In this document: positions 39,501 through 46,370 of the stretch, one piece after another | Layout: the number at the start of each line of letters is the position of its first letter | Numbering within the stretch: position 1 is the first letter of the stretch | Assembly: GCA_965248925.1 (NCBI GenBank) | Contig: CBDFLE010000006.1 | Location: forward strand, 3,904,001 to 3,968,000 | From: Candidatus Multivoradales bacterium | GTDB taxonomy: Bacteria > Acidobacteriota > Thermoanaerobaculia > Multivoradales > J023 | Direction of reading: 5' to 3' | Length of the DNA stretch: 64,000 nt | Position numbers and translations under genes: made by a program | Notes under the pieces: generated by a model | Told to the model about the DNA's origin: nothing | The model's input: only the letters and a program-made list of their open reading frames with translations | Databases searched by the model: none

Positions 39501-41332
39501 GCCGGTTGACCCGGATCGAGCGTGACGGTCAGCCGATCGACTACCAATACGATCGATTCGGGCGGATGACTCAAGACGGCGAGCTGGCGTACAGCTTCGA
39601 CACTAACGGCAATAAGAGCGAGATCCTGTACCCTGGTGGGGTGAGAGCGCTCTACGGATTCGATCACGCTGACCGTCACCTGACCCTCGATGCCGAGGTG
39701 CCTGGCCAGGGCATCCAAGTGATCGTCACGGGAGCCCTCTACCAACCCATCGGCCCACTGCGCCACCTGACGCGCGGCAATGGCGTCACCGAAAGCCGCC
39801 AGCACGACAGCCGCTATCAGCCCGCCAGCATCACAGCGGTCGGCCCTGGCAGCACCTTGCTCGACTGGGACTACACCACCGATGGGGTCGGCAACATCAC
39901 CGCCATCGGTGATCTGCTCGATTCGCTGAACAACCGCACCTACGCCTACCAGGACTACCAGTATTTCCTCACCCAGGGCGACGGCCCTTGGGGTGCTCTG
40001 GCCTGGGACTACGACAAAATCGGCAATCGGCTCAGCGAAACGCGGGACGGCGCTACCGACATCTACCAGTACCTCGCCAACGCTGCCGCGAGCGGCAATA
40101 CCGCGAAACTCGACCAGATTGCACTCGGTGCAGGCGGCAGTCGCGTCTACACCTTCGACGCAGCCGGCAACCAGACCGGGGTCGACGAGAACGGCGACCC
40201 CGTGGCTTACACGTTCGATGATGCTGGGCGCCTGTCGGCCATCGACCACCCTTCGGCACAGACCAGCTCGACGATGTTCTACGACGGTCGCAGCTATCTA
40301 CGCCAGGCAGTCGGCCGCGAGCCCGACACTTCGGGCAACGCTCTCTTCTGCGATGGCTTTGAAAGCGGTGACATCAGCGCTTGGGGTGATCCGGGGGCCA
40401 GTAGCTGCACAGCTGAGGCCGTAACCGAAGCGGCCTACAGTTCCGACGGTGTGCTGCAACGGCGAGCCGGTGCCACCGGGGCCAATGCAGTGCTCTACTT
40501 CGGAGGGCAGCCTGTAGCCCAGACCGGTGGGACCGGTGTAACCCACCTCACGGCAGACCATCTTGGCACACCGGTGCTAGCTTCTAGCAGTGTCGGCGGC
40601 TCGAACTGGAGTGGCGGATTCGAGCCCTTCGGCAGTGACTTCGCAAATGCCGAAGACGCAGGCGTTTTCCTGCGCTTTCCGGGGCAGTGGGGGGATCTTG
40701 CTTGGAGCACAGCTGGCGAAACGTTCTTCTACAACGTACACCGCTGGTACGAAGCGGGGGCGGGGCGATATAGCAGAATGGACCCGTTGGCCCCGGTCAA
40801 CACTGCGACCTTCAGTGGATCTCCGTTCGCGGCCGACCTCGAGCAAGCCTATGGCTATGGGAAAATGAACCCGCTGTCCCGGACCGATCCCCTCGGCTTG
40901 AAATCACGAATATGTTGCAGGCAGATTCCGGCGGTACCAGCATCTCACTGCTTCATAGAGATCCAGAGAAACGGGAAAAGTACGAAATGTGGCTTGCAAG
41001 GCGGCCGGTTCTCCCCTGGGGAGAAGCCCGGGACGGGCGCGATCAGAAAAGATCACAGTTTTGACGACCCGAAATTCTCCACCTGTGGCAACTGGGTTGA
41101 GGGGTGTGGCACGGATGAGTGCGTTATCGGGACTGCGGGCAACTATGCTAATCCGAGCAAGTACAACGCTGCAAAAGGCCCGAACAGCAACACGTTCGTG
41201 GGTGTGATTGCTCGGCGGTGCGGCCTCAAGCGACCCGAGGGTGCCGGGTGGACTCGTGGTTGGCGGAGGACAAACCCAGCCCAGAGGAAGAAGGGACTAG
41301 AATCTGAGGTGTCGCCATGCAAGCTTCCGTGA
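36563..41332 (+). CDS. Rhs/YD-repeat polymorphic toxin 1 (signal peptide, Cys-rich N-terminus, papain-like tip)
   Basis: RBS AAGGAG; YD repeats; core HLGTP...LRFPGQW...YNVHRWY...DPLG; tip HCFIE...GPNSNTF. Confidence 0.95.
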   Translation: MIRSISLFLLISLLILLNLPAALQAGTACSGVLTYLEQGFSADQPSNCSTGSRCYTPVISGATFTPEAGCDPAIESCVITIEVPIDFAGNHQNDPSASGFLYSFATVTVTPSGGGTLGTCGLSGAVIEEDHGTLSWGITSSCSDLMASYTITATACPCAFGLCPHCPKETTQVVDFSLSPLCPPPPPPSGCPEDEDCPSCVGGGSGIGGSAGGGGGGASPPQSGPGALLRYHAGGVGHPTYPGSAGITAELGRYWSHDYAERIARDPDDSNVWLLTRYATFRRFTDLDMDGDYDRTIPSDEYRTLTKTPTGWTLLDLDGTLMQFDNTGLWSSTTDRNGNAKTANRDGTGRLTTVSFPDGRSETFTYSVGGRLDSITEVGIDSATARTWGYTYTGQDLTRIDRPDGTAWVFLYDDPTLPGYMTRMSLAGTDASERIAGSWAYDPFGNVVQMWKGAANFNDAGAVDRWSMSFDDTQLPMVTTVTDPMGEISTYTLGRDSESRKPRLEQLEGSCPSCGTGPNSRLFYEDPAHPLRPTRQIDGGGTTTLTTYDANGQAISRVEALGTAEERETTWQRDLTYPALITEIERPSTTGNPLDFRRTTFTLSGQGNATDRIDEGVEDGQVFSYTTTTTYTAEGQPEDRDPPGYGTADVTTSAWDAARGGLVLASRTDPLIGSTLFGYDPFNRRTSVTDPNGVASETQYDPLNRVLFSLQKGAVPAEDLITEQRYTVFGDLFQTVLPRGNVIEYSYDSAGRLVSIERKPDDLPGSHVERTFYTLDGFGHRVREELQGWDGASWTSASTTDYLYSTRCHLDQMIEGAGSPEQAITEYGYNCDGDLERLWDANHPSAGQTAAASTVYGYDPLDRLTTVSQPFGGAAGGQAVTTYGFDVQDHLTTVRDPEGTVTSYVHSDRDLLTRETSEVAGVTSHLYNEHGERTETTDARSISTLRTLDELDRVTLVDYPDDTLDVTYTYDDALVPFSLGRLTRIERDGQPIDYQYDRFGRMTQDGELAYSFDTNGNKSEILYPGGVRALYGFDHADRHLTLDAEVPGQGIQVIVTGALYQPIGPLRHLTRGNGVTESRQHDSRYQPASITAVGPGSTLLDWDYTTDGVGNITAIGDLLDSLNNRTYAYQDYQYFLTQGDGPWGALAWDYDKIGNRLSETRDGATDIYQYLANAAASGNTAKLDQIALGAGGSRVYTFDAAGNQTGVDENGDPVAYTFDDAGRLSAIDHPSAQTSSTMFYDGRSYLRQAVGREPDTSGNALFCDGFESGDISAWGDPGASSCTAEAVTEAAYSSDGVLQRRAGATGANAVLYFGGQPVAQTGGTGVTHLTADHLGTPVLASSSVGGSNWSGGFEPFGSDFANAEDAGVFLRFPGQWGDLAWSTAGETFFYNVHRWYEAGAGRYSRMDPLAPVNTATFSGSPFAADLEQAYGYGKMNPLSRTDPLGLKSRICCRQIPAVPASHCFIEIQRNGKSTKCGLQGGRFSPGEKPGTGAIRKDHSFDDPKFSTCGNWVEGCGTDECVIGTAGNYANPSKYNAAKGPNSNTFVGVIARRCGLKRPEGAGWTRGWRRTNPAQRKKGLESEVSPCKLP

Positions 41333-41925
41333 AATTCCAAGCCGCTTTGAGCTTATCGTCATGCCTGCTCTGCGTCTCATGTCTTACAGGAATTAGAGGG
41401 CTGAAGAAGGATCCGAAGTGGGTCAATGCCGTTGTCTCTCAATTGTACTGCGGACAGTCGTTAGGAGAAGTTCAACTCTTGACAGAGCGGCGTATTGAAA
41501 ACACGACGACTCAGCCAGACTTTGGGTCTTTTGTAGTAAGCTCAAAATTCGCCACGATATGGTTTGACTTCCAGAGTTCCAAGCTAGTGAGTGTTACTAC
41601 TGGAAGGATAGACGGGCTTGCGTCTATACGCACATCGCCCAAGACGAATCTCTGTACTGGGGAATTGACTTTCTGGGTGAGTCTCGGATGGATTGTTCCG
41701 CTTGAAGGCGCAGACGTGTACCTGGATGGCGACCTTGTAGAGGCAAATGCCTCCGCCGGTGTCGTGTTTTCGTTCTCTACCGGCAGGCATGAGCTGCGGG
41801 TGGTAAAGGAAGGGTTTGAGCCCATCGTCAAGATTTTTCACTTTGGCCCCGAGGATATGGGCCATGTGTGGCTGGACCTGACGGAGCCGGATGTCCAGCT
41901 GGTCAACACGCAGCCGGAGTCATAA
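41329..41925 (+). CDS. Putative cognate immunity lipoprotein with C-terminal PEGA-like domain
   Basis: GTGA overlap with the Rhs1 stop; lipobox-like CVSC; GADVYLDG...GRHELRVVKEGFEP. Confidence 0.75.
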   Translation: MKFQAALSLSSCLLCVSCLTGIRGLKKDPKWVNAVVSQLYCGQSLGEVQLLTERRIENTTTQPDFGSFVVSSKFATIWFDFQSSKLVSVTTGRIDGLASIRTSPKTNLCTGELTFWVSLGWIVPLEGADVYLDGDLVEANASAGVVFSFSTGRHELRVVKEGFEPIVKIFHFGPEDMGHVWLDLTEPDVQLVNTQPES

Positions 41926-41969
41926 TGCCCAGGGCGGCGATGAAAACCTGAGGTCTTCCAGCTCCCGCA

Positions 41970-42545
41970 GTGCTCCTGGCAATGCTCATTGTTGCGATAA
42001 CACAGGCCTGCTTGTCCCCGCCCTTTGTCGGTAATTTCAGGCCGTGGCCAAGATCCACTGCATTCGTCAAGGGCCTACGTTGTCAGATGACAGAAGCAGA
42101 CCTGAGACAGTACGCAGAGCAGTTTCCCAAGATACTCCTCCACATGCCTGACAGCTTGAGGCATGTGCTTATTGCTCAGAAAGGCGATACGCTCATTCGA
42201 CTAGGGTTGCAAGACGATCTTCTGGAGACATATCACGTATCGTGAACTAGTGGATTTACTAGAAGCTCTTCACTCCTGAAGTATGATCTGTGCAAGAAAC
42301 GCTATTTAGTACACATGAGGCTCGTGAGTTCTAGGGAATACGGCGGCGCCGCCGTGTTGCTGGACGGTGTACTCGTGAGTAAGCTCGACGGATCGGGTGA
42401 TTTCGTGCGCGACATTCCCTTGGGAGTCCACGATTTCCGGATCGAGAAACCCGACCTAGGCACCTGGGTATTGGAGCTGCGCTATGACGAGTCTAGTCCA
42501 GGCCGTGATCGGATCCCGATTGAGGTGATGACCAAGCTGGACTAA
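41970..42545 (+). pseudogene. Orphan immunity paralog (lipoprotein + PEGA) with in-frame TGA at 42243
   Basis: TQAC lipobox; LRCQMT; reads in frame across the stop into YDLCK...GAAVLLDG...GVHDFRIEK. Confidence 0.7.
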
Positions 42546-42604
42546 CGGCAACGAGCTTCCAACTTCGGCAATTCTCGGACCAAGAATGTTCGCGACAGCG
42601 TGGT

Positions 42605-43000
42605 CTAGGCCGCCAGCCGCGCGGCCCTGGACCGTAGCACGTCGCCGGCCTGGTGGTAGCGCATAGCCAACGCGCGGGTGCGGTGCCCGGACAGCTGCAT
42701 GACCTCTTGCAGGCTGACCCAAGCCCGCCCAGCCGAGGTGACAAATCCCGACCTCAACGAATGCCCGCTGTAGTCGGCCGGATCGAGTCCGGTGCGCAGC
42801 GCCCGGTACTTGACGATCTCGGCCAGAGTGCGCGCGGACATGGCGCGGCCGGCGTGTTGGCCATGGCGATCACTCTGCGAAAGATCGCCACGGCCGAGGT
42901 TCCGGCGATCTGGAGCCAAGAATGGAGAGCGTCATGATGTCACTGAGAAAGCCAAATATCGGCATCCACCGGCCCGTGGGCCAGCTTCGCTTGTGGCATC
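42605..43000 (-). pseudogene. Tyrosine recombinase C-terminal relic (copy 1)
   Basis: YSGHSLRSGFVT (HxxR), LSGHRT...RY (H/Y). Frameshifted, N-terminal two thirds missing. Confidence 0.85.
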
Positions 43001-43472
43001 GATCGAACTTTCCCTCTTGAGTGGTAACGAGAATATTCTCTAGCTGCTGGGCAGCTTACCTTGAACTGATCGGCCCCTCTTATAGCTGGGCCGATTCCAT
43101 GCATTCACGACTTCCAACCACCGCGAGCACTTGGCATGCAGCCATGTCTCAGCGGCAACCGTCGATGGGCCTGACGCCGTACAAGCGGCGCTGTGGATAA
43201 CGCTGCTTCGCGCGCCGATCTATTGCCGCCCAAGGCACCCTTGCCACCAAGCCCGCCGCTGGCCACCAAAACCCGCCTCGGTAGACTGCCCGCTTACAGG
43301 CCACTCGGAGCGAGCACTTACGCGCGCGACGCGGAGGCCGGGGGTAATCTGTGATGCCAACCAAGACAGTTGCAAAAACGACACTGAATCCTTGGAGCAA
43401 CGGCAGCGAACCGAGCGGCTTCCGCAGCGTGATCAAGCCAAGCGGCTGGAGCACCGCGATCTTGCCGAACGG

Positions 43473-45050
43473 CTAGTGCCTCAGGGGCGGGCGGATTCCG
43501 TAGGTCCGTTCGCCTTCTACAGCCTTTCTTGCCGCCTTGATTATCTCGGTGGTCAGCTCGCCTTTGCGCACGAGGCTGGTGAAGTGAGTCACTGCGGCGG
43601 CGGCGATTGCATCGTGGCGGAATGGTTGCAGAAACCTCGCCATTTCTTTCGCGCGCTCTGTAGCCGCTCTTGTCTGGCCGCTGGTGAGCAGCAAATCGAC
43701 GAAATCGAGTGTGGCGAGAGCGGCGCTGAATGGGTCTGTGACGATCAGCCCCTCGATCGCCAGCACTAGGAGTGGCTCAGCGTTGTCAGGTTTCCCGCTG
43801 GCCTTCGCGATCGCTCCGGCCGACCATTGGGCCATCGCTCGTGGGTAAATCGCGTCCTGGGGAATCAGCGCCAGCGCTTGCAGAAGGTATCCCTCGGCCC
43901 GGTCGAATCTCTTGGCCTGCTCATCGATGCTAGCTAGCCCCTGATAGGCTGCCGCTCGGTTGCTCCCCTCGCTATCTGGCAGCAAGGCCAGGGCAGTCCG
44001 ATAGGAATCCGTCGCGGCCGCCGGATCGGGCGCGAGCAAGTACGCGCCTTGGTCTACGAAAACCCTCCCCATGCCTATTCTGTCGCGTTGCGATGCGCAA
44101 ATGGCCATAGCCATATCGGAGACTGTCAAGGCTGCCTCGACTTCGTTGTGGCCGAAGAGGACAACGCTGGTCCTTTGCAGCAAGTCGGCTCTCACCCCTG
44201 GCGGTGCCCAGCATCCGATTACTAAGACTGTCTCCAGGCAGAAGGCGGCGCATTCCAATGAGGCCGCGTGGCGGTGTGCAGAGCCAAGGGCGCCGGCTGC
44301 TCGGCAGAATGCCTCGCCCGCGTCTGGTCCCGTGATCTTGGTGGAGATCTCGACGGCGAGGATCTGCGCTAGCGTTATTGCATCTTTGGGCGCGCGCAGT
44401 CGCAGCTTGTCGATCGCCAGGGCGGCACTCTTGACGCCCGCCAGGCTGCGCCAGCGAGGCTCCACCCGCAGCACCTGCCGGCGGTGGTTGAGTGGCGCGT
44501 GGAGCAAGCAGGCGAAGGCTTCCTCGGTAGTGGGCGCGGAATGTTGCTGGGCCTGGGCTGGGTCCAAGCGGTTGCAAGCGACTTGCCGCGCTGCGGATTG
44601 GAGTCTGAGAATGGCGCTCGGTGGAGTCTTGAGAACGATCTTCGTTGCTTCGCTCTTCGTCTCGGCAGTCTCCGCACCACCCTCGGCCGCTGCCTTGGTC
44701 TTGCCGCTCTGTGTCTCGATCTTGGACTTGGTCTTGATCGTGGGCAGCTTCGCCAGAGTGTCTTGCCGCTTGCCGTGGGTGGCCTCGCGGACTCTGCGGA
44801 GCAGCTCAGCAGGGTCGGGCTTGGTGTTTTCGCTGAGCAGCTCGCCAAGATCGAGGCCCATTCCGCGGGCGCAGGAGAGTAGTTGGTAGCCGGTCAGCTT
44901 GAACACTGGCCGGGTGAGTGCCTCTCGAGTCCAGCCCCGAGCGTGGCCGCTGGCCCGGTCGACAGCAGGTTGGCGGCCGCGGTGCAAAGCGAAGTCGCGG
45001 AGCAGAGCCCGACGCAGCTGCTCAATCCGCTGCTTGTTCTCGCTATTTAT
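43473..45050 (-). CDS. XRE-like HTH + TPR protein (RRNPP-like architecture), copy 1; start codon reads ATA
   Basis: N-terminal RQPAVDRASGHARGWTREAL...YQLLSCARGMGLDLGELL HTH-like segment; C-terminal TPR helices. The frame is open to 45050, where copy 2 has ATG. Confidence 0.7.
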   Translation of the reverse strand: MNSENKQRIEQLRRALLRDFALHRGRQPAVDRASGHARGWTREALTRPVFKLTGYQLLSCARGMGLDLGELLSENTKPDPAELLRRVREATHGKRQDTLAKLPTIKTKSKIETQSGKTKAAAEGGAETAETKSEATKIVLKTPPSAILRLQSAARQVACNRLDPAQAQQHSAPTTEEAFACLLHAPLNHRRQVLRVEPRWRSLAGVKSAALAIDKLRLRAPKDAITLAQILAVEISTKITGPDAGEAFCRAAGALGSAHRHAASLECAAFCLETVLVIGCWAPPGVRADLLQRTSVVLFGHNEVEAALTVSDMAMAICASQRDRIGMGRVFVDQGAYLLAPDPAAATDSYRTALALLPDSEGSNRAAAYQGLASIDEQAKRFDRAEGYLLQALALIPQDAIYPRAMAQWSAGAIAKASGKPDNAEPLLVLAIEGLIVTDPFSAALATLDFVDLLLTSGQTRAATERAKEMARFLQPFRHDAIAAAAVTHFTSLVRKGELTTEIIKAARKAVEGERTYGIRPPLRH

Positions 45051-45300
45051 CCCCCAGGCTCCATTGAATTGATCTCAAGCTCTCGCGCTTCGATCATAGC
45101 GCAATTCCTGGGCTTTCCGGCTGACGCCAAGGTATATAGATCCGGCAGTACAGGTCACTTCTCGGCAAATTGGGGTGCCGTCTATAGATCGATCCGATGA
45201 AACTTGCTGCTCTGGTGGATTCCTTCGCTGACTAAGGTGCGGCCCATGAGTGACAAAACACTGATCCGGGACGCCGCTTCGCGGGATCAAATCGAGGCGA
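45037..45300 (+). promoter_or_regulatory. Divergent control region (copy B1)
   Basis: GGTATATAGATC at 45131 and CGTCTATAGATC at 45179, 48 bp apart. Lies between the HTH-TPR start and the micro-ORFs. Confidence 0.7.
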
Positions 45301-45362
45301 AGGCGCGGGCGCTGATGCTAGGGGTCGCTAGGTGGCTAGCGCGCCGCGGTCGGGGCACATGA
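45246..45362 (+). CDS. 38-aa micro-ORF (MSDKTLIRDAASRDQIEAKARALMLGVARWLARRGRGT)
   Basis: AAGGTG RBS; ATGA overlap with the next ORF; conserved in copy 2. Confidence 0.5.
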   Translation: MSDKTLIRDAASRDQIEAKARALMLGVARWLARRGRGT

Positions 45363-45520
45363 GCGCTCCAGCGGTCGCTCCGATCGTGCTACAGCAGGCC
45401 CGCGCAGCACTGCTTGAAGTCGCGACGCACTTGGTTCAGTTCGGGCTCAAGTCCCTCAGCTTGCTGACTACAGAAAACGCCGCCTCCCTCGCGGACAGTC
45501 GGTCAGCTGGGTGGATATAG
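45359..45520 (+). CDS. 53-aa micro-ORF (MSAPAVAPIVLQQARAALLEVATHLVQFG...)
   Basis: Translationally coupled to the previous ORF; conserved in copy 2. Confidence 0.5.
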   Translation: MSAPAVAPIVLQQARAALLEVATHLVQFGLKSLSLLTTENAASLADSRSAGWI

Positions 45521-45762
45521 GACCGACCGATTTAGGATCTGGCGAGGGAATCAGCCCTCGCTTTGACCCGCGCCGGCTGGCGACCTTCTGCTGTTGGCAG
45601 TTCCCCCTGCCGCGGTCGCTGGTCGGCTGTTTTGTCCGCAGTAAGACTCGAACCAGGGGGCCGCCCTCCAAGTGGGTGGCGTTGGCCCGGCCGGTGGGGT
45701 TCGGAGCGTGAGTGCTTGGACGCTCGCGCTTTCCCCTCACAGCCACCGGCCGGGCTTCTTGT
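45498..45762 (+). ncRNA. Candidate structured RNA (five or six hairpins, G-U pairs favour + strand), copy 1
   Basis: Stems 45542-45561, 45572-45627 (14 bp, three G-U), 45660-45680, 45685-45755 (13 bp perfect plus an inner stem), followed by TTCTTGTT. Confidence 0.5.
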
Positions 45763-45778
45763 TGGGCGTGGCTGCGAC

Positions 45779-46009
45779 TTATTGTTTGACCGCTTCGCGC
45801 AGAAAGACAGTATTGGCGACCGACACCGTCTTGCCGTCTTGGTCGAGCAGGGTCAAGGTTGGAGTGATCGCTTTCAGCGTGCCGCGCTGGCCTTGAATCT
45901 CGATTGGCTGACCGATGATAAAGAGCCGGCGGGCGTAGGAACCGTTCAGGATGCTGTGGGTGTCTTCGCGGCTGCAGAGGCCGAAAGACAGCCCGAAGGC
46001 CAGCGCCAG
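45779..46009 (-). pseudogene. 3' fragment of the mscS/CmpX-like gene (repeat copy 2; junction between modules)
   Basis: LALAFGLSFGL...KTVSVANTVFLREAVKQ* matches the C-terminus of 61083-61904. Confidence 0.9.
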
Positions 46010-46035
46010 CGCTCGCCAGCGCTTAGAAGGTGAAG

Positions 46036-46299
46036 TTCTTACTATTCCTCCCCCGGCCGCCTCTGAAATACCCACAAGCTCTAACGCTTCAATTATAGCG
46101 TAAATTCTGCGGCTTCGCCGTTGGCGCCAGGATGTATAGATCCGGCAATTCAAGCCGGTTTTTTGGCGGGATGAGGTCCGGTCCATAGATCGACCTGTTG
46201 AAACTTGCTGGTCTGGCGGGCTCAACCTGTGGCCAGGGTGCGGCCCGTGAGTGACGAAGCACCTGCCCTAGTCGCTGCTTCGCAGAATCAAATCGAGGC
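46036..46299 (+). promoter_or_regulatory. Control region copy A2 upstream of Rhs2
   Basis: Near-identical to 36228-36491; GGATGTATAGATCC and GTCCATAGATC sites. Confidence 0.7.
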
Positions 46300-46370
46300 A
46301 TCAGGAACCAACGCCCGCTATACAGAGTCTAAGAGGACGTGGGTAGCAGCTAGAAACAAGGAGAATTATT

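Noticed and set aside
38342-40249. 635-aa antisense ORF within Rhs1 (and similar antisense ORFs throughout)
   Set aside because: Mirror frame caused by codon bias; it is broken in the near-identical Rhs2 copy.
42243-42245. Selenocysteine recoding of the in-frame TGA
   Set aside because: No evident SECIS hairpin; the context suits TGG>TGA; the paralogous stop is TAA.
43131-43769. 212-aa + strand ORF conserved in both modules
   Set aside because: Overlaps the HTH-TPR gene in antisense, has no recognisable motif, and its conservation is explained by the recent duplication.
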